The notes below the pieces were generated by a model that searched no databases, was not told where the DNA came from, and saw nothing but the letters and a program-made list of their open reading frames with translations. A program made the position numbers and the translations under genes. A stretch of DNA of 64,000 bases from Octopus sinensis (taxonomy: Eukaryota), in the NCBI RefSeq assembly GCF_006345805.1, contig NC_043011.1, forward strand, positions 9,176,001 through 9,240,000, read 5' to 3'. Positions 13,561 through 26,994 of this stretch are shown here, piece by piece. How positions within the stretch are numbered: position 1 is the stretch's first letter; each line of letters opens with the position of its first letter.

Positions 13561-13771
13561 GATATATACACACACGCACTGTTACGTCTGACTCTCAAAC
13601 TGTATTTTTTAAAACAAGAAATGTACTTTTTATCCCCTGCATGTTTTGCTAAAATGACGTAAGTAACTGCAGTAGGTATACATATTGCACAATGTGCTTT
13701 ATAATATATCAGACTGTGCGTTTATTATTGAAGAGACGTTTGTTAGAATCTACCCAATGTTCTCCTTTCAG

Positions 13772-13809
13772 ATTTTATCAACGGAGTCCTGTCTGGAGGA
13801 AAGTCCTAG
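13772..13809 (+). CDS. Myosin essential light chain paralog A, last coding exon
   Basis: Acceptor ttctcctttcag; phase 1 joins G|AT and encodes DFINGVLSGGKS*, which aligns with EFIKRVMSGPFPDGEK* of paralog B. Confidence 0.8.
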
Positions 13810-14828
13810 ACTCACAGACCCTCACAACCATCACTTACCATTTCCCTTTTTGGCGTGTTTTATTTAATTTATTTTTCGCAAAAATACCAACACAAAATTT
13901 CAGCTTCCTTGATTTACACACAGAGAATCAAAACAGAATATATAAAAAGACAATAACAAAAAAAAAAGAAAAAAAAAACACAACGAAAATACAACACAAA
14001 GAAAACTCGGGAAGCTAATATATTTTGTTGAAATTGAAATGCATTTAATTATCTTAATTAATGTTTTGTTAATTAGTTAATGAATCTTTGGAATCTTCAA
14101 CGTATTTGTTAAAATGGACAGGAAATATACTTAAAGGAAAAACGTTGATCCCTCACAGATTCCTGAATATGAGGAGTCACGAAAATATGGAATTATTTTA
14201 AATATTGTAAACCTATTTAAGATTTCAAATACTACACTTTTAATAAGTTTTGATATCTATTTTTATATAAAGTATAAGTTAGATTTTTATATAAAACGTT
14301 ACTAATCCTGTAAATGAACATTCGAAAAGAATAAAAGGAAAAACTTTTGAGCGCTAAAATCAAACCTACCGATACGCATGAACGCACACACACGCATGCA
14401 CACACCTAAACTTGCAACACAACAATAAAAATCAATGCATTTCTGAAGAACTTAAAGACTATGTATGAAGATGCTGGTAACAAATGGTTATTTTGAGCCG
14501 AACGGAAGCGACTAAGAACGGAAAAGAACGGAAACATTACAAGAATGTATAATGTGGAGTAAAAACCTATTTTAAAGGTGAAATAAATTATTTGAAGCTC
14601 ATCTCAAGTTTCATATTGCTCTTTATTATTTTAGGGAACTTTCATATCTCACCAGTCTTTCTCCATCACTCTGTCTCTTTCTCACTTATTTTCAGCCTCT
14701 CCCTCTTATCCATTCCTATATTTGTCTTCTCTCCTCTCTCTCCCTCCTTCAATGTTTCTAATTACAAACGTAGAATGAATTTTGTAACATAAAAAAAAAA
14801 CGAGAGTAAATGCCGAAAATAAAATACA

Positions 14829-14913
<85 letters not shown>

Positions 14914-14964
14914 CCCAAAATATAATGAGCGGAACAGGTAGAATATTGCAAATATTCTACGTGT

Positions 14965-15115
14965 TCTACGTTTTTAAGTTCAAATTCTGCCGAGGTCGAC
15001 TTTGCCTTTCATCCTTATGGGGTCGATAAATTAAGTACCAGCTGCGTACTGGGGTCGATCTAATCGACTGGCTCCCTCCCCAAAAATTTTGGGCCTTGTG
15101 CTTAGAGTAAAAAAG
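14965..15115 (+). mobile_element. SINE, family C
   Basis: B box and core gaggtcgactttgcctttcatcc...ggggtcgatctaatcgactggc. Confidence 0.8.
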
Positions 15116-15369
15116 AATATTCTACGTGTTCCACTCTTTATATTCTGGGATATTTATTTGCATTCTTAGCCGCGTTACTTGCTAAACCATGAATTGTGTG
15201 GAAACAGCCAGCGAATCGAAATTGCTTTTAACTTCGATTCGGGAAGAAAGGTGTCACTTACGATGTTAATAAACAAATACATACATACATACATACATAC
15301 ATACATACATACATACATACATACAATACATACATACATACATACATACATAACGGGAAGCTTTATGTA

Positions 15370-17690
15370 AATAAACAAAAGACGAAGGCAGGTGGAAAAC
15401 AAACGAACAATTGTATTAGTATGGCGCTCAGGAAATATAAATAAAACAAGTCTTTAACGTTTCGAGCCTACGCTCTTCAACAGAAAGATACACAGAGAGA
15501 GAAAAACACAGAAAGAAGGAGAGAAAAAAAAATGCGTGCAGTAGCTAACGAATCAACATGGCGATCTGATTTCGGCCAGAGGTCAAAGATCAAACATGAG
15601 ACGCGAGAGCGAAATAAGGGGAGATAATAGGGTTGATAAATGGGTTGAGGGACCAGCTAAAAGTGCGTGGGAGGGGTCTGGATGTGTGTATGTATAGGGT
15701 TGGTGTATGTATTAGTATGTATAAGGGTGTGTGGGTGTGTGTGTGTGTGTGTATGAGAGAGTATTAGTGCGTAAGATTGGTCTGGACGTGCGTATGTATG
15801 GGGTTGGTGTATGTATTAGTATGTATTAGTATGTATTAGTATGTATTATTACGTATTGTATGTATAGGGTGTGTGTGGTGGTGTGAGAGAGTATAAGTGC
15901 GTATGCGGGGTCTGGACGTGTGTATGTATAGGGTTGGTGTAAGTATTAGTATGTACTAGTATGTATTAGTACGTATTAGTATGTATTAGTTGGTGTGTGT
16001 ATTAGTATGGCACATCATATGTGATGTGATGTGTAAAGTCATGTGGTGTAGTGAGGGAAGAAGAGGGGGAGGGGGGGAGAGAGGGGGGGGAGAGAAGGGA
16101 GGGGAAGAAGATGGGGAGGAGAGGAGAAGGGGGAGAGGAGAGGATGGGGGGAGAAGGAAGGGGAGGAGGGGGATGAAGGAGGAAGAGGGAGAGGGGGAGG
16201 GGAGAGAGAGAAGGGAGAGAGGGAGTGAGGGAGCAGAGGGAAGGGGAAGAGGGAGGGAGAAAGAAAGAGGGAAGAAGGGAAGGGGAGTAGGGGTGAAAGG
16301 ATGAAGGACTGAAGAAGTAGGGGTGGGGGGGAGAAAGGATAGGTGAGGAGGGGGGTGAGGTTAGATGAGGAGGGGGGGGGAGAGTTGAGACCAAATGGCG
16401 TATAAGAGCGAAGGGAGAAGATTAATTCCTGTTCACGGCGCAAACGGGAATCCGGATGGCCTCTGTCTAAGGACAAACCGAACACAGATAGGTGTTGCAA
16501 GGAGTGACCGGTGGAGCGGAAATGGCGTGAGACCGGTGTGTCGTTCGCAAGGTGGATGTCACGAAGGTGTTCCGCGAACCGGTCAGCCAAGCGGCGTCCG
16601 TTTGTCCGATGTACAAGGAATTGCAGAGAGAGCAAGAGATGCAATAGATAATATTGCTGGAGGTGCAGTGAAGGAGTGGATGATGAGGGATGATGGGATA
16701 GGTCGATGGTGGGTGCTAGTGAGGCGGGTGGTGTTGGAGAGGTAAGGGCAAGTGCGGCAAAGTGGGCGGGAGCAGGGGAACGAGCCGGGTTAGGAGGTAG
16801 GGTCAGGGAAGGAGCTATGGACCAAAAGGTCTCGAAGTTGTGGGCTCGTTTGAAAGAGGGGAGGGGTCGGTTAGGGAAGAGGTGTGAAGTGGACGGGTCG
16901 GACTGGAGATGACGGAAAGCTCGAAGAATGGTGCGTTGGAGACGTAGGGTCGTGGGGTGGTAAGTGAGGGAAAAGGGAGGCGGGAGACTACAGGGCGGGT
17001 TCGGGGAGAGAGAGCAGATACACGGTCCACGGACCGTGCTCTGGCAAGGGGGTGTGGATAGTGGTGAGGGGGTGGTATCCACGTAGGGTGAAGTGGTGTG
17101 AGCCATACTTTGAGACTGAGTCTCAAAGTCATGGTCGTCACTACAGAGCCTACGTAGACGGAGGAATTGGGAATAGGGGATGGAAAGCTTGGTGTGTTCT
17201 GGGTGGAGGAAGAGAAGTTGAGGTATGAGTGTGAGTCTGTGTGTTTGTAGTGAATGGAGGTGGTAAGAGTGGAGTGAAGAATGCTAACCGAAATGTCGAG
17301 GAAGGAGACAGAGGTGTTGGAGATAGTGGAAGTGAAGTGGAGGCTGGATGGAAAGATTGGACGAAAGAGAGGAAGGAATCTAGATGTTCGCGGGAGAGTG
17401 AGGTGGCACCGATAATGTCGTCAATATAACGACCATATAGTTCAGGAGTGGGACCAGTGAAATTAGAGAATATTTGGGCCTCAACATAGCCAACGAACAG
17501 GTTCGCATAGTTGGGGCCCATTCGCGTTCCCATGGCCACTCCCGAGACCTGATGGTAGAACTCGCCCGCGAACGAGAAGCAGTTCAGAGTAAGGTCAAGT
17601 TCGGCCAGACGAATGAGTGTGGAGGTGTCAGGTACAGGGTTAGAGCGGAGGTCAAGAAAGTGTCGAAGGGCCTGCAGTCCTTCGTGGTGA
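15370..17690 (-). mobile_element. 5'-truncated Penelope-like element 1 (RT plus GIY-YIG)
   Basis: RT motifs GVAMGTRMGPNYANLFVG and YGRYIDDI (17150-17690). Endonuclease region RRLADRFAEH...RLRREQELIFSLRSYTPFGLN (about 16340-16680). 3' non-coding end carries a hammerhead-like motif; (CATA)n on both sides. Confidence 0.9.
15451..15488 (-). ncRNA. Minimal hammerhead-like motif with a variant core
   Basis: TCTTT-CTGTTGA-A-GAGC-GTAG-GCTC-GAA-ACGT-T-AAAGA: perfect stems I and II, palindromic ACGT stem III, core CUGUUGA instead of CUGANGA. Confidence 0.6.
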
Positions 17691-17695
17691 GTACA

Positions 17696-17727
<32 letters not shown>

Positions 17728-17769
17728 CGCACGCACGCATACACGCATACACACACACATACACACACG

Positions 17770-17802
<33 letters not shown>

Positions 17803-17809
17803 TAATTTG

Positions 17810-18530
17810 ACTCAGCTCCTCGATGTCTTACGGTGTCGTCGGCGCGTAGAACCGATGCGTCTCAATCGGGAAAAGTGTAATGGATTTTTGATCAATTCAA
17901 GATGGCTTCTTGATATTAAGTCCTCTACTGGATCGCTCGCGTCACATGGTGTTAATGGTATAGAAGCGACACCAGTTCTTTTCTTTATTTGGCGACTGCG
18001 ATTGCAACGCTGCAGTCATACTGGTTCTGCGGCATCGAGAAGAAATAAGCTTGCAAGTTCAACCAATTCTACCCTTCAGTATCGAAATCCCTCCTCCTGA
18101 AGACCTTAGACTTTTAGTAGGTGATTTACCAATATCAGCGACCTCGATATCAGAATTAGCATGAACTCTAGAAAGTGAATCTTGGTTCCTGATGATTTTA
18201 TTGGGTACAAAAGGAAGGCGATCCGATGCCCGGCGTATCTATGAGAAGTTACAACGAGGCAGAGATCGTTGACCTCATCTGATAATTTATCCTAGATACA
18301 CTTAGGCAGTATACATATACACTCCATAACTAGGCCCTACAGAGGGATGATGGTCTAGCAGTCTCAAGCCATATGAACGACCACGCCATGTAATATGTTC
18401 AGAAAAGTTCAGTTAAAAGTTCTTCAAAGATCTTCAAAGAAGTGTTGCCACGAGTTTGAACAATGGTCGACTTCCTGGATGCTCAACGAGGGACCTGTTT
18501 GCATCAACAGAAATTTCCTGTGCATTCCCA
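17810..18530 (-). mobile_element. Possible highly degenerate LTR-retrotransposon pol remnant
   Basis: Only weak RNase H-like fragments (GRSYGLRLLDHHP, NQDSLSR) across frameshifts; tentative. Confidence 0.25.
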
Positions 18531-18748
18531 CCCCATCTCTTGCTTGTGGCAGACATAAGTAGAAGAATCTCCCTGGCAAAAAATTATTTTAGAGTTAATG
18601 GGAAGAGATAATCGTTTGTCGAAGCCATTTTTTGATAAGGTTTCGATTCTGAGTAGGATTAATTGAATTTTTAATATATATGTATATGTATGTGTGTGTG
18701 TGTGTGTTTTCATTTTCATTTTCATCTAGTTTGGCCATGCTGGGGCAC

Positions 18749-18830
<82 letters not shown>

Positions 18831-18832
<2 letters not shown>

Positions 18833-19010
18833 GCGCTAGCTAAGCGAGCAGGTCAACAGAAGAAAGAGTGAGAGAAAGAGTGGTGAAAGAGTACAGCAGG
18901 GATCACCACCCCCTGTCGGAGCCTCGTTTTCGCTCAATAAACACACACAACGCCCGGTCTGGGAATCGAAACCGCGAGTCCGTTGCCCTAACCACTGGGC
19001 CATTGCGCCT
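18831..19010 (-). mobile_element. tRNA-derived SINE, family B (internally deleted)
   Basis: Minus-strand head aggcgcaatggcccagtggttagggc...gtttcgattcccagaccggg; related to 51962-52295. Confidence 0.8.
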
Positions 19011-19058
<48 letters not shown>

Positions 19059-19660
19059 ATATATATTGTATGTGTGCTCTCTTCTCCATACACGTCTTAA
19101 ACGACGAAAGCTTTCTGTCAAAACTGCTAAAAATCAATATTTGTTGAAGTTTCGAGAAGCGAGAGTCAAGATAATAAATAGACTCGAGAGGGAGAGAGTC
19201 TAGATAATAAAACACTGCATTGGGTGCATCAATAAACCTAGATTAGTTCTTTAATATTTGGAGTTCAAATCTTAGCCAGAACAGCTTTGTCTGCCTTTCA
19301 TCTCATCTGGTTCAATGAAATTAAGAAGCAATCAATACGGCTAGATCGATTACATTGACTGTGAATAGATATCTACTCATGTAAGAAATTTGGCTTTGTG
19401 TGTGCTCGAAAGATATCGATACGCACATACACACACAGTCGCGCGCATACGCGTACACTTGTATGTGTGTGTGAGTGTGTGTGTGTTTGTGTGTGCGTGC
19501 GGTCTATGATGTTTTCTTGTACAGTATAGATGAAACATACCAAACACAACACTGAAACTATTCATTACCCTTAAACAATATTTCAGTAGTACGATATACT
19601 ACTAAAGTACATAATTATGTGTAAAATACACACATGCATATATATATATATATATATGTA

Positions 19661-19663
19661 GAG

Positions 19664-19742
<79 letters not shown>

Positions 19743-19745
19743 AGG

Positions 19746-19801
<56 letters not shown>

Positions 19802-19803
19802 CT

Positions 19804-19875
<72 letters not shown>

Positions 19876-19876
19876 T
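19661..19876 (+). repeat. (GATA)n microsatellite
   Basis: Direct reading. Confidence 0.95.
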
Positions 19877-20729
19877 AGATATATATACACATATATACAC
19901 ATATATAAGTGTGTGTGTATATATGTTTATATATATATATATATATAAATACATACATACAAATATATATATACATTTTTATTTATATATGTATATATAT
20001 TTGTTTGTATGCATGTTTGTATGTGTGTGCGTGTGCGTGCATACCTCTCCCCCCACAGAGAGTGATATCGAGACGGATAGACTCAAGAAGAAAAACGAAC
20101 CAAATACCAAGAAATTAATTAGTGAATGAACTAATGGCAAAATGCACAATAACTAATTACCTAGTATATATATGACAATATATATGTATAATATATAAAT
20201 GTATATATAAATATGTGTATATATAATATAGACGTACAACTCAATAAATGGTTATTATGTGAAAGGAAGGAAAATGAAAGAAATCAATTTTCTTTAGAAA
20301 TAATTCGAATTATCTGGAATGAACTGGCGATTTCTTTAAACTATATTTCCTTTATGAATATATCGTAATTATTAAATATATTCGATTTTTAATCAAAAGA
20401 TTTATACAAAATATTAGTATCCAGTAATTACAGTCTCTTGGACTGGGCTTTCTCTTGTTAAAATGTCGTCACTTAAGAAATACAGTAATTTACCAAAATA
20501 TCTAAGGAACTGGTTTAGTTCTGGTTTTAGTTTTTAATTTAGGCATACAAGTAATGGTAGAAGCCATGGAATTTTTATGACACCGCGGGATTGATGGGTG
20601 AAACGGACTGGAAGTTATTTACAGACTAATGACTGGGTCCCACGGTGAACAAAAATTTAAGAGGCAAGAAACTGCTTCAGTCAAACACAGCGATCCAGAT
20701 TCGATCTCGACTGTGTGAGTATATATATA

Positions 20730-22960
20730 TAACTGTAACAACACTTGTGACCTGACAGGATGTATGGTGGGTAGCATGGATGTGGTATCCCTATACCCAT
20801 CGATCGACGTAGATTTTGCGGTGGAGAAGTGCGTGGAAATGATCAACGAGAGCAAGGTGGAGTTCCGTAATGTCAACACAGAGGAACTGGGCCTCCTACT
20901 TAGACTGACTTATGACAACGAATACCTAGATAAACATAATCTTAGTAGTTTCTGACCCAGTAGACGTTTAAGAGGTAGACCACCCACAATTACTTCTATG
21001 GCTAGGAAAACCCATATAGAAAGATGGCGCGGATGAACCAGAGCCATACGGAGCCCCGCAAATGTCCATCAGGTAAAGAAAATGATCGCACATGCACTAG
21101 GAGCTAGTATAAGAGTTACCCTAAAAGGCCATACGTTTAAGTTTAACAATAAAATATATGCCCAGGACGAGGGGGCAGCCATCGGCGTTAGCATCGCTGG
21201 TGATGTAGCCAACCTTTTCATGGTATGGTGGGACAGAAGGCTTAAGGAACGCCTGACACAGAACTCCATACTCATAAACATGTACTCTCGCTATGTTGAT
21301 GATATTAACATAGTGGTAAAGGCACCCCAACAAGAGAGTACTGTTGATATAGTAATAGAAACTAATACTATGGAGAGCATCCAGCAAATAGCTAACTCCA
21401 TCCGCCAGAGTATTAAGGTCACAATAGACTAACCCACTAAACATCCCAACCATAGACTACCAGTACTAGACACAGAACTCTGGCTAGAAATTGTGAATAA
21501 TAAAACCCAAATCCTTCATTCGTACTATGCCAAACCTATGGCCTCAAAATACTTGATCCACCGCAACTCAGCCATTGCGGACAATGCCAAATTCAATATT
21601 TTGATGGCAGACCTCGTCAGAATAATGAGAAATGTGTCACGCATGTGCGAGCCTACAGAGTTAAAGAGACACATTCAATATTTCATTCACCGCATGCAGT
21701 TCTCAGATTACAGCTATAAAGAAAGGATCAGAGTATACAAAGGAGCCATGAAGAAATTTGATAATATATTATGTAATGATAGGAATGGGATTTGACCACT
21801 CTATAGGAACAAGCCATGGAACACTATAGAAAGGACAAAAAAGAAAATAGGGAAGGTCAACTCTTGGTATGATAGCCATAAATACCAGAGTGTCATGTTC
21901 GTTGACATCACCCCTATAGGTGAACTGGCGTACCGCTTTTGAAGGACCCTAGACAAACTTAAGCTAAGGATTAAGGTTGTTGAAAAGCCAGGCAACCCTA
22001 TCAAATCTATAATTTGTAGAACCTATCCTTTTAGTAGAACCCCCTGTACGGATAAGTACTGTACTGTATGTAGATTTAGCCCACAAACAAACTGTAAAGC
22101 CAGAAATAGTCTATAGTATAAGATGTATAGAGGGACGATGCTGTAACAAGACAACGCCATACGTAGGGGAAACGGCAAGAAGCATAGGAGAGCGGGTAAA
22201 TGAACATATGAAAGAACTCAAGGAAGGTAAAAGCTCATCGATTCTGTACCAACACGCCGAACAGGAACATGGGGGATCAATCAATAACATAGAAATTAAA
22301 ATATTGTCCAGACATAGAACAGATGTAACAATCAGACAAATTACAGAAGCTACACACATAATAGAAAATAAACCTAGCCTGAATAGGAAACTGGAATGGA
22401 ACACTAGCACACACCACAACATATGACGGTAGAGGATCCCAATAAACTGGTTACAATATAAACAAAACCGAAAACATAATAATTAAAATACACAGATAAA
22501 TAAACAAATAGAAATAAATAATTATATAAGTCTTTTTTTTTAATTTAAAAGATTTTTTTGATTTATTATTATTACTAGTATTGTTATTATACATACATAC
22601 ATACATACATACAAGCATATGTAATGATAATAATAAGTGGATGTAAACACATGAACAAAATAAGAATAAACAAAAACAACAAAAACAAAAACAAATTACA
22701 TGAACGTATATAAACAGAAGATACAAATATTACAGGCCCCCCCCCACACACACTAAATAAACATAGACGCACATAGAGATATAAGCATGTGCAAAAGAAG
22801 ACATACAATAGAAATACAAAATGGCTGACGGTTAGTAAGGAGAGACACAAATAAGAAAGAAGAAAACAAAGGACCACTGATGCGGTAACAGGAGTGTGAC
22901 GAAAGAACTCTGGCCAAAATAAGATTAAGATTAATGTAAAAAATAAATAAAACTGAAGCA
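20730..22960 (+). mobile_element. Degenerate Penelope-like element 2 (RT, Cys-rich linker, C-terminal GIY-YIG)
   Basis: GSMDVVSLYPSID, GAAIGVSIAGDVANLFM, RYVDD, YAKPMAS, CTDKYCTVC linker, VYSI..YVGETARSIGERVNEH. One frame from 20764 to about 22110 with 5 internal stops, then a frameshift. Confidence 0.9.
22871..22915 (+). ncRNA. Degenerate type-I hammerhead motif in the PLE2 3' region
   Basis: GGACCA-CTGATGC-G-GTAAC-AGGAGT-GTGAC-GAAA-GAAC-TC-TGGCC: A9 changed to C, single mismatches in stems I and II, CUC cleavage triplet. Confidence 0.55.
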
Positions 22961-23724
22961 AAGTAACACCAAATATATAGTGCGTGTGTTTTTATTGGCT
23001 AAACTGGCAAAATGACCATTCCGAAATATAACAATATATATATATCAAATGGATGTCTTATAAAACTATTCCACACATACAATAATAGCCATACCAACAA
23101 TCCAACCCACCTCCAACATCAGCTGCCCCACGGATATCACTATGGTTTCGATACCTGGGCAGTACCATTTAATCCGGCAGTGACAACAGCACTAAAATAA
23201 GAGTTTTTTGGGGACAAACATACCTTAGATATCACCACATTCATTCAATCTTAATTCTAGGAAGGATATACATAATAATTTCATTGAGGTATTTAAGCTT
23301 GGTATTTACTATGTTAAGCTCACCCACGGATATTGGCTATCAGACATAGCTAGGAGACAAAGCAATCAGACAAAGCTATAAACTTGGATTAGTTTGTTCT
23401 GCCAAACAAATGTGTGAAAAACCCATAGGTATCCTTAGGAATTTTATAAGAAGTATGGTGCGAGACAGTTATTTTAATACTTGAATTTAATAATTGTTTC
23501 GTCTGAATTCAATGCAGTCAAATGTTGCAAGGTTGACTGCATGCAATTAAGATGAAACGATTGTAAATTCAAGTAGTAAAATGACTTACTCCTTCCCTCC
23601 CTCCATTTTTTTCATGTCATTATACATTCATACATACATGGATGCATACATACATATATTCATACATAGAGACGTACATACATACATACATACATACATT
23701 CATACATACATGCATACGAAATAA

Positions 23725-23757
<33 letters not shown>

Positions 23758-23770
23758 TGTATGTATGTAG

Positions 23771-23847
<77 letters not shown>

Positions 23848-23861
23848 ATATATATATATAT

Positions 23862-23913
<52 letters not shown>

Positions 23914-24413
23914 AATGTTTTCTGAACTGGATGTGGAATATAAACCTAGATAGACTATCGTTTTTCCTTGTGTAAACAGACTCTCACCTCTCTCCCCACC
24001 GCCTCTCCCACTATGATTAAAGGCGTTCCAGCTATGACCATTCAATATGGAATTTGTTGAATACATTAATGTAATCTCCCAAAGGAACTAAACGGGGGCA
24101 ATGCTAGAAATATCAACCAATTCATCTGAAAAGCGCTCTCTACTACCTTTAAGAAAAAAATGAAAGGATTCATAGCATAATATAGTCCTTGATAATGTAT
24201 CTGAGTAAAAGAAAAAATGGTCATGGCTGGAACGCCTTTGGCATTAATCGTCTGTTTGATTGGGTTGTACTTGGGTTAACAATAACAACAACTATTACTA
24301 CAGCAGCAAACAATCTCCCATTCGGTGAAGCGAGTCGTTTCACACTCAACTCTCTGCCACCCACTCTCACCCTCAACATCAGTAGTGGCAAGAACGACAG
24401 CAGCAGCAGCAGC

Positions 24414-24458
<45 letters not shown>

Positions 24459-24565
24459 AGCAACAACAACAACAGCAGCAAAAGCAACAGCAACAACATA
24501 ACAACAGCAACAACAGCAACATCAACCGAATGAGGAGCAGCGGCAATAACCACAACAGCTTAAAG

Positions 24566-24603
24566 ATGGCGCCCTTTTTTTCCCCTACATCTCGGGCAAA
24601 AAG
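24566..24603 (+). other. Candidate first coding exon of an unidentified gene
   Basis: AAGATGGCG start context (also a YY1 motif), ORF MAPFFSPTSRAK, consensus donor AAG|GTAAGT. No downstream exon identified. Confidence 0.3.
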
Positions 24604-25208
24604 GTAAGTTTAATTCGTTTTGTTTTCTTACGCTGTAATTAATGTTTTAATTAAAGATAACAATTATGATTTGTTCAACTTTTCAAGTATCAATTAATTT
24701 GATAACTGTTTTACATTTAAAAATATTTATCGTAGAAAATTAAACTACCTTCACACATAACAATATATCTATCATGATGTCTTTGTGCATTTCGAAGTTA
24801 ACGGTGAAAATGAAGCAACCCTGCAAAACACAACTGATCTTTACACACAGACACACACAGAATAACAGCAATCAAATAACGACAACGGAGTGTCCCGTGT
24901 ATGATAGTTATGGTTTTGAATTCTTTTCTTTCGGGGATCACGACTGGCAATTTTAGTAGCCATTTTTTCAAGATTAGGGAATGCGGAATATAATTTGTTA
25001 ATAGAAAACAATCTTTTTTATGTTTTCTCTTTCTTTTTTTTTTTTAGTTTCGTTTTGGTCTAAGCTAGGTAATATGTAGAACTTCTAAACTCACCGAGAC
25101 TCTGCGCGAAAAAATAGTGAAAAAAAGCACAATTCAATGCAGTTATACTAAGCAGAAATCCTTCGCTTCAAAGAGCGACTGGGAAACACATCTGACAAAC
25201 ACAGCAGC

Positions 25209-25272
<64 letters not shown>

Positions 25273-25280
25273 TAATAATA

Positions 25281-25832
25281 CACCATCCTCAGCCAGTTGT
25301 TGAAGGTAAAGATGTCACCATCCTCTGGGATTTTCCAGTCAACACTGACAGAACGATCAAGGCTAATCGACCAGACATAATTGTTAAAGACAGGGAAGAA
25401 AATACCTGCAGACTAATAGAAGTAAGCGTCCCCACTGATAAAAATGTATCTGTCAAGGAATTTGACAAACTTAGTAAATATAAGGACCTGGAAATCGAAA
25501 TACAGAGGATGTGGAATCTTAAAACAAAAACTGTTCCTGTTATTGTAGGTGCCCTAGGTATGATAAAAAAGGGATGTCAGAAACACCTAGACAATATCCC
25601 TGGAAAACCATGTCTCAAGGAAATCCAAAAGATTGTACTAACAAGTACTGCCCACATCCTTAGAAAAACCCTATCAATGTAAATGTCTGTGTTTGCATTA
25701 CATGGAGATATATCTCTACTTCCCCTCCCCAAGCTTTCAGCTATATTTCAACAACTCTTAACCTTCACTTGCCCTAGGGCGCTGGGTGTGCCCCGGCAAG
25801 TGATTGCATCAAACATGCAGATTAAAAGTAAA
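25281..25832 (+). mobile_element. 3' fragment of a Dong/R4-like non-LTR element (restriction-like endonuclease domain plus 3' UTR)
   Basis: ILWDFPVNTDRTIKANRPDIIV...EVSVPTD...KLSKYKDLEIEIQRMW...STAHILRKTLSM* (stop 25680-25682); (AAT)n on both sides. Confidence 0.8.
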
Positions 25833-25840
25833 TGACAATG

Positions 25841-25892
<52 letters not shown>

Positions 25893-26937
25893 CAACAACA
25901 ATTGCAAACCAAATTTCGGAATTGGTTTGCAAAACAGCAAACCAAATCCGAAAATAAATTCGATGTAAGAGAAATATGTAAGTTAAAAGTTAGTTCGATA
26001 TTCCAAATCAATATGTTTACAACTTAACAATTTCTCTCTCTCTCCCTCTCTCTCTCTATCTCTCTCTCTCTGCCTTCATCCATGTTTCACGTCTAAGCAA
26101 AGGGAATAGAATCTTTGCCTCTGGGATGAATTATCCACCTTTATGGGAAAATTATCGTAACAAACGGCGGGACACCTCTTTCTGCAATGGTGAGTAGTGA
26201 ACTATCTATTTTCTGCACTTGGTGCTGCCATTTGGTATTATTATTGTTGTTGCTATAATTGCTATCGTTGTTATTATTGGTTTCATAGCTCTTGTATATA
26301 ATGTGCTTGTTTTTAACCATTGGAGTCTGATGGTTTTACTGCGAGCCAACGTAGCACACGATTGCATAGTGTTCGCCCCACCCATTGATCTATGGTTCCT
26401 GTTTCATTCAGAAGGAACCATTAATGTTTCCTTTTGTATTTGCTTGGCCAGATTCCTGATGTGAACTCCTGCGTTGAAGTAGATTTTGTGGCATCTCGGG
26501 ATAGTCATTCTACCAATAATTCTCTCCATTATAGGCACGAAGTCAGACGTTTTTGAGAAGGGTGCTAGTCGATTACATAGTCCCAGATGAGTCCTGTTTT
26601 TAATCATCCTCGAAAAGAGGAAAGGCAAAGTCGATCTCGGTGGAATTTGAACTTAGAACGTAAAGATGGACGAAATATCTCTAAGCATTTTGTCCAGCGT
26701 TCTAACGATTCTACCAATTTGCCGCCTCCAGTATGCCAAGAATAATGAAGACATGCACTGGTTTAATTTCACTTCACTTACTTTTTCGATAACATCCCCA
26801 CAACATCAAAAGCCGCAAAATGAGATCAGTATTCAAGTTGGAGACTTAACAGATTTCACTTGATCTTTAACTTTTTAAAATAATTTACCGAATTATTTTC
26901 GTTTTATTGGAAAATAACTAACAGATGTAATTCTGTC

Positions 26938-26994
<57 letters not shown>

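Noticed and set aside
22423-22480. ATGA...AAA...GA pattern as a SECIS for PLE2
   Set aside because: No 11-14 bp helix II and no correct GA quartet geometry.
26187-26195. ATG|GTGAGT, a possible ATG-only first exon
   Set aside because: No downstream EF-hand or other exon was found; such motifs occur by chance.
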